Part shown: one piece after another, positions 30,101-44,945 of the stretch
Layout of the letters: the number at the start of each line of letters is the position of its first letter
Numbering within the stretch: the stretch's first letter is position 1
Assembly: GCA_964057225.1 (NCBI GenBank)
Contig: OZ059898.1
Location: 310,001 to 374,000, forward strand
Length of the DNA: 64,000 nucleotides
Direction of reading: 5' to 3'
Source of the DNA: Auanema rhodensis
Taxonomy: Eukaryota > Animalia > Nematoda
Notes under the pieces: model-generated
Told to the model about the DNA's origin: nothing
The model's database searches: none
What the model saw: the letters and a program-made list of their open reading frames with translations, nothing else
Made by a program: the position numbers and the translations under genes

Positions 30101-33100
30101 TGTACATTTAATTAGCATAAATTAAAGTTCACGTAAATTTCAAAGTCATGGTTACCATGAAGCAATATCAATAAAAATTTGTTTTTAGACTAATATGGAC
30201 ATGGGGAATCTAATTTTGAAAACCACATCTCTTTATCTTTCACGTGAAGCGAGTTACATACCAAGTGCACATCACGTGTACATTTAATTAGCATAAATTA
30301 AAGTTCACGTAAATTTCAAAGTCATGGTTACCATGAACCAATATCAATAAAAATTTGTTTTTAGACTAATATGGACATGGGGAATCTAATTTTGAAAACC
30401 GCATCTCTTTATCTTTCACGTGAAGCGAGTTACATACCAAGTGCACATCACGTGTACATTTGATTAGCATAAATTAAAGTTCACGTAAATTTCAAAGTCA
30501 TGGTTACCATGAAGCAATATCAATAAAAATTTGTTTTTAGACTAATATGGACATGGGGAATCTAATTTTGAAAACCACATCTCTTTATCTTTCACGTGAA
30601 GCGAGTTACATACCAAGTGCACATCACGTGTACATTTAATTAGCATAAATTAAAGTTCACGTAAATTTCAAAGTCATGGTTACCATGAACCAATATCAAT
30701 AAAAATTTGTTTTTAGACTAATATGGACATGGGGAATCTAATTTTGAAAACCGTATCTCTTTATCTTTCACGTGAAGCGAGTTACATACCAAGTGCACAT
30801 CACGTGTACATTTAATTAGCATAAATTAAAGTTCACGTAAATTTCAAAGTCATGGTTACCATGCACCAATATCAATAAAAATTTGTTTTTAGACTAATAT
30901 GGACATGGGGAATCTAATTTTGAAAACCGCATCTCTTTATCTTTCACGTGAAGCGATTTACATACCAAGTGCACATCACGTGTACAATTAATTAGCATAA
31001 ATTAAAGTTCACGTAAATTTCAAAGTCATGGTTACCATGAACCATTATCAATAAAAATTTGTTTTTAGACTAATATGGACATGGGGAATCTAATTTTGAA
31101 AACCGCATCTCTTTATCTTTCACGTGAAGCGAGTTACATACCAAGTGCACATCACGTGTACATTTAATTAGCATAAATTAAAGTTCACGTAAATTTCAAA
31201 GTCATGGTTACCATGAAGCAATATCAATAAAAATTTGTTTTTAGACTAATATGGACATGGGGAATCTAATTTTGAAAACCGCATCTCTTTATCTTTCACG
31301 TGAAGCGAGTTACATACCAAGTGCACATCACGTGTACATTTAATTAGCATAAATTAAAGTTCACGTAAATTTCAAAGTCATGGTTACCATGAACCAATAT
31401 CAATAAAAATTTGTTTTTAGACTAATATGGACATGGGGAATCTAATTTTGAAAACCGCATCTCTTTATCTTTCACGTGAAGCGAGTTACATACCAAGTGC
31501 ACATCACGTGTACATTTAATTAGCATAAATTAAAGTTCACGTAAATTTCAAAGTCATGGTTACCATGCACCAATATCAATAAAAATTTGTTTTTAGACTA
31601 ATATGGACATGGGGAATCTAATTTTGAAAACCGCATCTCTTTATCTTTCACGTGAAGCGAGTTACATACCAAGTGCACATCACGTGTACATTTAATTAGC
31701 ATAAATTAAAGTTCACGTAAATTTCAAAGTCATGGTTACCATGAAGCAATATCAATAAAAATTTGTTTTTAGACTAATATGGACATGGGGAATCTAATTT
31801 TGAAAACCGCATCTCTTTATCTTTCACGTGAAGCGAGTTACATACCAAGTGCACATCACGTGTACATTTAATTAGCTTAAATTAAAGTTCACGTAAATTT
31901 CAAAGTCATGGTTACCATGAACCAATATCAATAAAAATTTGTTTTTAGACTAATATGGACATGGGGAATCTAATTTTGAAAACCGCATCTCTTTATCTTT
32001 CACGTGAAGCGAGTTACATACCAAGTGCACATCACGTGTACATTTAATTAGCATAAATTAAAGTTCACGTAAATTTCAAAGTCATGGTTACCATGCACCA
32101 ATATCAATAAAAATTTGTTTTTAGACTAATATGGACATGGGGAATCTAATTTTGAAAACCGCATCTCTTTATCTTTCACGTGAAGCGAGTTACATACCAA
32201 GTGCACATCACGTGTACATTTAATTAGCATAAATTAAAGTTCACGTAAATTTCAAAGTCATGGTTACCATGCACCAATATCAATAAAATGTTGTTTTTAG
32301 ACTAATATGGACATGGGGAATCTAATTTTGAAAACCGCATCTCTTTATCTTTCACGTGAAGCGAGTTACATACCAAGTGCACATCACGTGTACATTTAAT
32401 TAGCATAAATTAAAGTTCACGTAAATTTCAAAGTCATGGTTACCATGAAGCAATATCAATAAAAATTTGTTTTTAGACTAATATGGACATGGGGAATCTA
32501 ATTTTGAAAACCGCATCTCTTTATCTTTCACGTGAAGCGAGTTACATACCAAGTGCACATCACGTGTACATTTAATTAGCATAAATTAAAATTCACGTAA
32601 ATTTCAAAGTCATGGTTACCATGAACCAATATCAATAAAAATTTGTTTTTAGACTAATATGGACATGAAGAATCTAATTTTGAAAACCGCATCTCTTTAT
32701 CTTTCACGTGAAGCGAGTTACATACCAAGTGCACATCACGTGTACATTTAATTAGCATAAATTAAAGTTCACGTAAATTTCAAAGTCATGGTTACCATGA
32801 ACCAATATCAATAAAAATTTGTTTTTAGACTAATATGGACATGGGGAATCTAATTTTGAAAACCGCATCTCTTCATCGTTCACGTGAAGCGAGTTACATA
32901 CCAAGTGCACATCACGTGTACATTTAATTAGCATAAATTAAAGTTCACGTAAACTTCAAAGTCATGGTTACCATGCACCAATATCAATAAAAATTTGTTT
33001 TTAGACTAATATGGACATGGGGAATCTAATTTTGAAAACCGCATCTCTTTATCTTTCACGTGAAGCGAGTTACATACTAAGTGCACATCACGTGTACATT

Positions 33101-35900
33101 TAATTAGCATAAATTAAAGTTCACGTAAATTTCAAAGTCATGGTTACCATGAAGCAATATCAATAAAAATTTGTTTTTAGACTAATATGGACATGGGGAA
33201 TCTAATTTTGAAAACCGCATCTCTTTATCTTTCACGTGAAGCGAGTTACATACCAAGTGCACATCACGTGTACATTTAATTAGCATAAATTAAAGTTCAC
33301 GTAAATTTCAAAGTCATGGTTACCATGAAGCAATATCAATAAAAATTTGTTTTTAGACTAATATGGACATGGGGAATCTAATTTTGAAAACCGCATCTCT
33401 TTATCTTTCACGTGAAGCGAGTTACATACCAAGTGCACATCACGTGTACATTTAATTAGCATAAATTAAAATTCACGTAAATTTCAAAGTCATGGTTACC
33501 ATGAACCAATATCAATAAAAATTTGTTTTTAGACTAATATGGACATGGGGAATCTAATTTTGAAAACCGCATCTCTTTATCTTTCACGTGAAGCGAGTTA
33601 CATACCAAGTGCACATCACGTGTACATTTAATTAGCATAAATTAAAGTTCACGTAAATTTCAAAGTCATGGTTACCATGAACCAATATCAATAAAAATTT
33701 GTTTTTAGACTAATATGGACATGGGGAATCTAATTTTGAAAACCGCATCTCTTCATCGTTCACGTGAAGCGAGTTACATACCAAGTGCACATCACGTGTA
33801 CATTTAATTAGCATAAATGAAAGTTCACGTAAATTTCAAAGTCATGATATCAATAAAAACCAATATCAATAAAAATTTGTTTTTAGACTAATATGGACAT
33901 GGGGAATCTAATTTTGAAAACCGCATCTCTTTATCTTTCACGTGAAGCGAGTTACATACCAAGTGCACATCACGTGTACATTTAATTAGCATAAATTAAA
34001 GTTCACGTAAATTTCAAAGTCATGGTTACCATGAAGCAATATCAATAAAAATTTGTTTTTAGACTAATATGGACATGGGGAATCTAATTTTGAAAACCGC
34101 ATCTCTTTATCTTTCACGTGAAGCGAGTTACATACCAAGTGCACATCACGTGTACATTTTATTAGCATAAATTAAAGTTCACGTAAAATTCAAAGTCATG
34201 GTTACCATGAACCAATATCAATAAAATGTTGTTTTTAGACTAATATGGACATGGGGAATCTAATTTTGAAAACCGCATCTCTTTATCTTTCACGTGAAGC
34301 GAGTTACATACCAAGTGCACATCACGTGTACATTTAATTAGCATAAATTAAAGTTCAAGTAAATTTCAAAGTCATGGTTACCATGAACCAATATCAATAA
34401 AAATTTGTTTTTAGACTAATATGGACATGGGGAATCTAATTTTGAAAACCGCATCTCTTTATCTTTCACGTGAAGCGAGTTACATACCAAGTGCACATCA
34501 CGTGTACATTTAATTAGCATAAATTAAAGTTCACGTAAAATTCAAAGTCATGGTTACCATGAACCAATATCAATAAAAATTTGTTTTTAGACTAATATGG
34601 ACATGGGGAATCTAATTTTGAAAACCGCATCTCTTTATCTTTCACGTGAAGCGAGTTACATACCAAGTGCACATCACGTGTACATTTGATTAGCATAAAT
34701 TAAAGTTCACGTAAATTTCAAAGTCATGGTTACCATGAAGCAATATCAATAAAAATTTGTTTTTAGACTAATATGGACATGGGGAATCTAATTTTGAAAA
34801 CCACATCTCTTTATCTTTCACGTGAAGCGAGTTACATACCAAGTGCACATCACGTGTACATTTAATTAGCATAAATTAAAGTTCACGTAAATTTCAAAGT
34901 CATGGTTACCATGAACCAATATCAATAAAAATTTGTTTTTAGACTAATATGGACATGGGGAATCTAATTTTGAAAACCGTATCTCTTTATCTTTCACGTG
35001 AAGCGAGTTACATACCAAGTGCACATCACGTGTACATTTAATTAGCATAAATTAAAGTTCACGTAAATTTCAAAGTCATGGTTACCATGCACCAATATCA
35101 ATAAAAATTTGTTTTTAGACTAATATGGACATGGGGAATCTAATTTTGAAAACCGCATCTCTTCATCTTTCACGTGAAGCGAGTTACATACCAAGTGCAC
35201 ATCACGTGTACATTTAATTAGCATAAATTAAAGTTCACGTAAATTTCAAAGTCATGGTTACCATGCACCAATATCAATAAAAATTTGTTTTTAGACTAAT
35301 ATGGACATGGGGAATCTAATTTTGAAAACCGCATCTCTTTATCTTTCACGTGAAGCGATTTACATACCAAGTGCACATCACGTGTACAATTAATTAGCAT
35401 AAATTAAAGTTCACGTAAATTTCAAAGTCATGGTTACCATGAACCATTATCAATAAAAATTTGTTTTTAGACTAATATGGACATGGGGAATCTAATTTTG
35501 AAAACCGCATCTCTTTATCTTTCACGTGAAGCGAGTTACATACCAAGTGCACATCACGTGTACATTTAATTAGCATAAATTAAAGTTCACGTAAATTTCA
35601 AAGTCATGGTTACCATGAACCAATATCGATAAAAATTTGTTTTTAGACTAATATGGACATGGGGAATCTAATTTTGAAAACCGCATCTCTTTATCTTTCA
35701 CGTGAAGCGAGTTACATACCAAGTGCACATCACGTGTACATTTAATTAGCATAAATTAAAGTTCACGTAAATTTCAAAGTCATGGTTACCATGAACCAAT
35801 ATCAATAAAAATTTGTTTTTAGACTAATATGGACATGGGGAATCTAGTTTTGGAAACCGCATCTCTTTATCTTTCACGTGAAGCGAGTTACATACCAAGT
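24200..35900 (+). repeat. Large near-tandem duplication, ~35-monomer period (6162 bp, then 5986 bp after a one-monomer difference); boundaries approximate
   Basis: Markers at +6162: TTTGATTAG (G at 24300/30462), ACATGAAGAA (26501/32663), ACTTCAAAG (26791/32953), templated scar (27685/33847). Markers at +5986: TTTTATTAG (28171/34157), TTC-AAGT (28371/34357), CGATAAAA (29641/35627), GTTTTGGAAA (29861/35847). Confidence 0.9.
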
Positions 35901-38599
35901 GCACATCACGTGTACATTTAATTAGCATAAATTAAAGTTCACGTAAATTTCAAAGTCATGGTTACCATGAAGCAATATCAATAAAAATTTGTTTTTAGAC
36001 TAATATGGACATGGGGAATCTAATTTTGAAAACCGCATCTTTTTATCTTTCACGTGAAGCGAGTTACATACCAAGTGCACATCACGTGTACATTTAATTA
36101 GCATAAATTAAAGTTCACGTAAATTTCAAAGTCATGGTTACCATGAACCAATATCAATAAAAATTTGTTTTTAGACTAATATGGACATGGGGAATCTAGT
36201 TTTGGAAACCGCATCTCTTTATCTTTCACGTGAAGCGAGTTACATACCAAGTGCACACGTGTACATTTAATTAGCATAAATTAAAGTTCACGTAAATTTC
36301 AAAGTCATGGTTACCATGAAGCAATATCAATAAAAATTTGTTTTTAGACTAATATGGACATGGGGAATCTAATTTTGAAAACCGCATCTTTTTATCTTTC
36401 ACGTGAAGCGAGTTACATACCAAGTGCACATCACGTGTACATTTAATTAGCATAAATTAAAGTTCACGTAAATTTCAAAGTCATGGTTACCATGAAGCAA
36501 TATCAATAAAAATTTGTTTTTAGACTAATATGGACATGGGGAATCTAATTTTGAAAACCGCATCTCTTTATCTTTCACGTGAAGCGAGTTACATACCAAG
36601 TGCACATCACGTGTACATTTAATTAGCATAAATTAAAGTTCACGTAAATTTCAAAGTCATGGTTACCATGAACCAATATCAATAAAAATTTGTTTTTAGA
36701 CTAATATGGACATGGGGAATCTAATTTTGAAAACCGCATCTCTTTATCTTTCACGTGAAGCGAGTTACATACCAAGTGCACATCACGTGTACATTTAATT
36801 AGCATAAATTAAAGTTCACGTAAATTTCAAAGTCATGGTTACCATGCACCAATATCAATAAAAATTTGTTTTTAGACTAATATGGACATGGGGAATCTAA
36901 TTTTGAAAACCGCATCTCTTTATCTTTCACGTGAAGCGAGTTACATACCAAGTGCACATCACGTGTACATTTAATTAGCATAAATTAAAGTTCACGTAAA
37001 TTTCAAAGTCATGGTTACCATGAAGCAATATCAATAAAAATTTGTTTTTAGACTAATATGGACATGGGGAATCTAATTTTGAAAACCGCATCTCTTTATC
37101 TTTCACGTGAAGCGAGTTACATACCAAGTGCACATCACGTGTACATTTAATTAGCTTAAATTAAAGTTCACGTAAATTTCAAAGTCATGGTTACCATGAA
37201 CCAATATCAATAAAAATTTGTTTTTAGACTAATATGGACATGGGGAATCTAATTTTGAAAACCGCATCTCTTTATCTTTCACGTGAAGCGAGTTACATAC
37301 CAAGTGCACATCACGTGTACATTTAATTAGCATAAATTAAAGTTCACGTAAATTTCAAAGTCATGGTTACCATGCACCAATATCAATAAAAATTTGTTTT
37401 TAGACTAATATGGACATGGGGAATCTAATTTTGAAAACCGCATCTCTTTATCTTTCACGTGAAGCGAGTTACATACCAAGTGCACATCACGTGTACATTT
37501 AATTAGCATAAATTAAAGTTCACGTAAATTTCAAAGTCATGGTTACCATGAACCAATATCAATAAAAATTTGTTTTTAGACTAATATGGACATGGGGAAT
37601 CTAATTTTGAAAACCGCATCTCTTTATCTTTCACGTGAAGCGAGTTACATACCAAGTGCACATCACGTGTACATTTAATTAGCATAAATTAAAGTTCACG
37701 TAAATTTCAAAGTCATGGTTACCATGAACCAATATCAATAAAAATTTGTTTTTAGACTAATATGGACTTGGGGAATCTAATTTTGAAAACCGCATCTCTT
37801 TATCTTTCACGTGAAGCGAGTTACATACCAAGTGCACATCACGTGTACATTTAATTAGCATAAATTAAAGTTCACGTAAAATTCAAAGTCATGGTTACCA
37901 TGTACCAATATCAATAAAAATTTGTTTTTAGACTAATATAGACATGGGGAATCTAATTTTGAAAACCGCATCTCTTTATCTTTCACGTGAAGCGAGTTAC
38001 ATACCAAGTGCACATCACGTGTACATTTAATTAGCATAAATTAAAGTTCACGTAAATTTCAAAGTCATGGTTACCATGAACCAATATCAATAAAAATTTG
38101 TTTTTAGACTAATATGGACATGGGGAATCTAATTTTGAAAACCGCATCTCTTTATCTTTCACGTGAAGTGAGTTACATACCAAATGCACATCACGTGTAC
38201 ATTTAATTAGCATAAATTAAAGTTCACGTAAATTTCAAAGTCATGGTTACCATGAACCAATATCAATAAAAATTTGTTTTTAGACTAATATGGACATGGG
38301 GAATCTAATTTTGAAAACCGCATCTCTTCATCTTTCACGTGAAGCGAGTTACATACCAAGTGCACATCACGTGTACATTTAATTAGCATAAATTAAAGTT
38401 CACGTAAATTTCAAAGTCATGGTTACCATGCACCAATATCAATAAAAATTTGTTTTTAGACTAATATGGACATGGGGAATCTAATTTTGAAAACCGCATC
38501 TCTTTATCTTTCACGTGAAGCGAGTTACATACCAAGTGCACATCACGTGTACATTTAATTAGCATAAATTAAAGTTCACGTAAATTTCAAAGTCATGGT

Positions 38600-41350
38600 T
38601 ACCATGAACCAATATCAATAAAAATTTGTTTTTAGACTAATATGGACATGGGGAATCTAATTTTGAAAACCGCATCTCTTTATCGTTCACGTGAAGCGAG
38701 TTACATACCAAGTGCACATCACGTGTACATTTAATTAGCATAAATTAAAGTTCACGTAAATTTCAAAGTCATGGTTACCATGAAGCAATATCAATAAAAA
38801 TTTGTTTTTAGACTAATATGGACATGGGGAATCTAATTTTGAAAACCGCATCTCTTTATCTTTCACGTGAAGCGAGGTACATACCAAGTGCACATCACGT
38901 GTACATTTAATTAGCATAAATTAAAGTTCACGTAAATTTCAAAGTCATGGTTACCATGAACCAATATCAATAAAAATTTGTTTTTAGACTAATATGGACA
39001 TGGGGAATCTAATTTTGAAAACCGCATCTCTTTATCTTTCACGTGAAGCGAGTTACATACCAAGTGCACATCACGTGTACATTTAATTTGCATAAATTAA
39101 AGTTCACGTAAATTTCAAAGTCATGGTTACCATGAACCAATATCAATAAAAATTATTTTTAGACTAATATGGACATGGGGAATCTAATTTTGAAAACCGC
39201 ATCTCTTTATCTTTCACGTGAAGCGAGTTACATACCAAGTGCACATCACGTGTACATTTAATTAGCATAAATTAAAGTTCACCTAAATTTCAAAGTCATG
39301 GTTACCATGAAGCAATATCAATAAAAATTTGTTTTTAGACTAATATGGACATGGGGAATCTAATTTTGAAAACCGCATCTCTTTATCTTTCACGTGAAGC
39401 GAGTTACATACCAAGTGCACATCACGTGTACATTTAATTAGCATAAATTAAAGTTCACGTAAATTTCAAAGTCATGGTTACCATGAACCAATATCAATAA
39501 AAATTTGTTTTTAGACTAATATGGACATGGGGAATCTAATTTTGAAAACCGCATCTCTTTATCTTTCACGTGAAGCGAGTTACATACCAAGTGCACATCA
39601 CGTGTACATTTAATTAGCATAAATTAAAGTTCACGTAAATTTCAAAGTCATGGTTACCATGCACCAATATCAATAAAAATTTGTTTTTAGACTAATATGG
39701 ACATGGGGAATCTAATTTTGAAAACCGCATCTCTTTATCTTTCACGTGAAGCGAGTTACATACCAAGTGCACATCACGTGTACATTTAATTAGCATAAAT
39801 TAAAGTTCACGTAAATTTCAAAGTCATGGTTACCATGCACCAATATCAATAAAAATTTGTTTTTAGACTAATATGGACATGGGGAATCTGATTTTGAAAA
39901 CCGCATCTCTTTATCTTTCACGTGAAGCGAGTTACATACCAAGTGCACATCACGTGTACATTTAATTAGCATAAATTAAAGTTCACGTAAATTTCAAAGT
40001 CATGGTTACCATGAACCAATATCAATAAAAATTTGTTTTTAGACTAATATGGACATGGGGGATCTAATTTTGAAAACCGCATCTCTTTATCGTTCACGTG
40101 AAGCGAGTTACATACCAAGTGCACATCACGTGTACATTTAATTAGCATAAATTAAAGTTCACGTAAATTTCAAAGTCATGGTTACCATGAAGCAATATCA
40201 ATAAAAATTTGTTTTTAGACTAATATGGACATGGGGAATCTAATTTTGAAAACCGCATCTCTTTATCTTTCACGTCAAGCGAGGTACATACCAAGTGCAC
40301 ATCACGTGTACATTTAATTAGCATAAATTAAAGTTCACGTAAATTTCAAAGTCATGGTTACCATGAACCAATATCAATAAAAATTTGTTTTTAGACTAAT
40401 ATGGACATGGGGAATCTAATTTTGAAAACCGCATCTCTTTATCTTTCACGTGAAGCGAGTTACATACCAAGTGCACATCACGTGTACATTTAATTAGCAT
40501 AAATTAAAGTTCACGTAAATTTCAAAGTCATGGTTACCATGAACCAATATCAATAAAAATTTGTTTTTAGACTAATATGGACATGGGGAATCTAATTTTG
40601 AAAACCGCATCTCTTTATCTTTCACGTGAAGCGAGTTACATACCAAGTGCACATCACGTGTACATTTAATTAGCATAAATTAAAGTTCACCTAAATTTCA
40701 AAGTCATGGTTACCATGAAGCAATATCAATAAAAATTTGTTTTTAGACTAATATGGACATGGGGAATCTAATTTTGAAAACCGCATCTCTTTATCTTTCA
40801 CGTGAAGCGAGTTACATACCAAGTGCACATCACGTGTACATTTAATTAGCATAAATTAAAGTTCACGTAAATTTCAAAGTCATGGTTACCATGAACCAAT
40901 ATCAATAAAAATTTGTTTTTAGACTAATATGGACATGGGGAATCTATTTTTGAAAACCGCATCTCTTTATCTTTCACGTGAAGCGAGTTACATACCAAGT
41001 GCACATCACGTGTACATTTAATTAGCATAAATTAAAGTTCACGTAAATTTCAAAGTCATGGTTACCATGCACCAATATCAATAAAAATTTGTTTTTAGAC
41101 TAATATGGACATGGGGAATCTAATTTTGAAAACCGCATCTCTTTATCTTTCACGTGAAGCGAGTTACATACCAAGTGCACATCACGTGTACATTTAATTA
41201 GCATAAATTAAAGTTCACGTAAATTTCAAAGTCATGGTTACCATGCACCAATATCAATAAAAATTTGTTTTTAGACTAATATGGACATGGGGAATCTGAT
41301 TTTGAAAACCGCATCTCTTTATCTTTCACGTGAAGCGAGTTACATACCAA
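38600..41350 (+). repeat. 8-monomer tandem duplication (1407-1408 bp); boundaries approximate
   Basis: Paired markers TATCGTTC (38681/40088), GAGGTAC (~38874/40281), ACCTAAA (39281/40689) and TCTGATT (~39887/41295). Confidence 0.85.
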
Positions 41351-44300
41351 GTGCACATCACGTGTACATTTAATTAGCATAAATTAAAGTTCACGTAAAT
41401 TTCAAAGTCATGGTTACCATGCACCAATATCAATAAAAATTTGTTTTTAGACTAATATGGACATGGGGAATCTAATTTTGAAAACCGCATCTCTTCATCT
41501 TTCACGTGAAGCGAGTTACATACCAAGTGCACATCACGTGTACATTTAATTAGCATAAATTAAAGTTCACGTAAATTTCAAAGTCATGGTTACCATGCAC
41601 CAATATCAATAAAAATTTGTTTTTAGACTAATATGGACATGGGGAATCTAATTTTGAAAACCGCATCTCTTTATCTTTCACGTGAAGCGAGTTACATACC
41701 AAGTGCACATCACGTGTACATTTAATTAGCATAAATTAAAGTTCACGTAAATTTCAAAGTCATGGTTACCATGAACCAATATCAATAAAAATTTGTTTTT
41801 AGACTAATATGGACATGGGGAATCTAATTTTGAAAACCGCATCTCTTTATCTTTCACGTGAAGCGAGTTACATACCAAGTGCACATCACGTGTACATTTA
41901 ATTAGCATAAATTAAAGTTCACGTAAATTTCAATGTCATGGTTACCATGAAGCAATATCAATAAAAATTTGTTTTTAGACTAATATGGACATGGGGAATC
42001 TAATTTTGAAAACCGCATCTCTTTATCTTTCACGTGAAGCGAGTTACATACCAAGTGCACATCACGTGTACATTTAATTAGCATAAATTAAAGTTCACGT
42101 AAATTTCAAAGTCATGGTTACCATGAACCAATATCAATAAAAATTTGTTTTTAGACTAATATGGACTTGGGGAATCTAATTTTGAAAACCGCATCTCTTT
42201 ATCTTTCACGTGAAGCGAGTTACATACCAAGTGCACATCACGTGTACATTTAATTAGCATAAATTAAAGTTCACGTAAAATTCAAAGTCATGGTTACCAT
42301 GTACCAATATCAATAAAAATTTGTTTTTAGACTAATATGGACATGGGGAATCTAATTTTGAAAACCGCATCTCTTTATCTTTCACGTGAAGCGAGTTACA
42401 TACCAAGTGCACATCACGTGTACATTTAATTAGCATAAATTAAAGTTCACGTAAATTTCAATGTCATGGTTACCATAAAGCAATATCAATAAAAATTTGT
42501 TTTTAGACTAATATGGACATGGGGAATCTAATTTTGAAAACCGCATCTCTTTATCTTTCACGTGAATCGAGTTACATACCAAGTGCACATCACGTGTACA
42601 TTTAATTAGCATAAATTAAAGTTCACGTAAATTTCAAAGTCATGGTTACCATGAACCAATATCAATAAAAATTTGTTTTTAGACTAATATGGACATGGGG
42701 AATCTAATTTTGAAAACCGCATCTCTTTATCTTCCACGTGAAGCGAGTTACATACCAAGTGCACATCACGTGTACATTTAATTAGCATAAATTAAAGTTC
42801 ACGTAAATTTCAAAGTCATGGTTACCATGCACCAATATCAATAAAAATTTGTTTTTAGACTAATATGGACATGGGGAATCTAATTTTGAAAACCGCATCT
42901 CTTTATCTTTCACGTGAAGCGAGTTACATACCAAGTGCACATCACGTGTACATTCAATTAGCATAAATTAAAGTTCACGTAAATTTCAAAGTCATGGTTA
43001 CCATGCACCAATATCAATAAAAATTTGTTTTTAGACTAATATGGACATGGGGAATCTAATTTTGAAAACCGCATCTCTTTATCTTTCACGTGAAGCGAGT
43101 TACATACCAAGTGCACATCACGTGTACATTTAATTAGCATAAATTAAAGTTCACGTAAATTTCAAAGTCATGGTTACCATGAACCAATATCAATAAAAAT
43201 TTGTTTTTAGACTAATATGGACTTGGGGAATCTAATTTTGAAAACCGCATCTCTTTATCTTTCACGTGAAGCGAGTTACATACCAAGTGCACATCACGTG
43301 TACATTTAATTAGCATAAATTAAAGTTCACGTAAATTTCAAAGTCATGGTTACCATGAACCAATATCAATAAAAATTTGTTTTTAGACTAATATGGACTT
43401 GGAGAATCTAATTTTGAAAACCGCATCTCTTTATCTTTCACGTGAAGCGAGTTACATACCAAGTGCACATCACGTGTACATTTAATTAGCATAAATTAAA
43501 GTTCACGTAAAATTCAAAGTCATGGTTACCATGTACCAATATCAATAAAAATTTGTTTTTAGACTAATATGGACATGGGGAATCTAATTTTGAAAACCGC
43601 ATCTCTTTATCTTTCACGTGAAGCGAGTTACATACCAAGTGCACATCACGTGTACATTTAATTAGCATAAATAAAAGTTCACGTAAAATTCAAAGTCATG
43701 GTTACCATGAACCAATATCAATAAAAATTTGTTTTTAGACTAATATGGACATGGGGAATCTAATTTTGAAAACCGCATCTCTTTATCTTTCACGTGAAGC
43801 GAGTTACATACCAAGTGCACATCACGTGTACATTTAATTAGCATAAATTAAAGTTCACGTAAATTTCAAAGTCATGGTTACCATGAACCAATATCAATAA
43901 AAATTTGTTTTTAGACTAATATGGACATGGGGAATCTAATTTTGAAAACCGCATCTCTTTATCTTTCACGTGAAGCGAGTTACATACCAAGTGCACATCA
44001 CGTGTACATTTAATTAGCATAAATTAAAGTTCACGTAAAATTCAAAGTCATGGTTACCATGAAGCAATATCAATAAAAATTTGTTTTTAGACTAATATGG
44101 ACATGGGGAATCTAATTTTGAAAACCGCATCTCTTTATCTTTCACGTGAAGCGAGTTACATACCAAGTGCACATCACGTGTACATTTAATTAGAATAAAT
44201 TAAAGTTCACGTAAATTTCAAAGTCATGGTTACCATGAAGCAATATCAATAAAAATTTGTTTTTAGACTAATATGGACATGGGGAATCTAATTTTGGAAA

Positions 44301-44730
44301 CCGCATCTCTTTATCTTTCACGTGAAGCGAGTTACATACCAAGTGCACATCACGTGTACATTTAATTAGCATAAATTGAAGTTCACGTAAATTTCAAAGT
44401 CATGGTTACCATGAACCAATATCAATAAAAATTTGTTTTTAGACTAATATGGACATGGGGAATCTAATTTTGAAAACCGCATCTCTTTATCTTTCACGTG
44501 AAGCGAGTTACATACCAAGTGCACATCACGTGTACATTTAATTAGCATAAATTAAAGTTCACGTAAATTTCAAAGTCATGGTTACCATGCACCAATATCA
44601 ATAAAAATTTGTTTTTAGACTAATATGGACATGGGGAATCTAATTTAGAAAACCGCATCTCTTTATCTTTCACGTGAAGCGAGTTACATACCAAGTGCAC
44701 ATCACGTGTACATTTAATTAGCATAAATTA

Positions 44731-44945
44731 GTCAAGGTTTATTGTTCTTTATCACAGGTTGTAACATTAGTGGTTTTTAAGAAAAGAAGTATGAAAAAAG
44801 ATCCTTACAATACGAACATAATTATAAAAATTAAAAAATGAATAAGCAATAAATGTGCAGAGTTGAGAAGAGTTATTGAATCAATTTTGTCTTTTAAGAT
44901 ACATACTTTTAGCTAGTCTCTCTATGTATTATGAAATGTTAACCC
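44731..44945 (-). mobile_element. 215-bp insertion with 6-bp TSD (AAATTA); probable 3' end of a 5'-truncated non-LTR retrotransposon (LINE/SINE), copy 1
   Basis: The monomer GCAT-AAATTA-AAGTTC is split as GCAT-AAATTA-[GTCAAGG...GTTAACCC]-AAATTA-AAGTTC, with TSDs at 44725-44730 and 44946-44951. There are no terminal inverted repeats and no long ORF. The minus strand ends ...AATAAACCTTGAC. The insertion itself is certain; the LINE class is inference. Confidence 0.75.

Noticed and set aside
44731-44945. Insert as a MITE/DNA transposon or solo LTR
   Set aside because: The ends (GTCAAGG / GTTAACCC) are not inverted repeats and are not TG...CA. The partial match between GGTTGTAACATT and the right end is internal and imperfect.
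44940-44945. TAACCC as a telomeric repeat remnant
   Set aside because: A single hexamer is expected by chance; there are no tandem copies.
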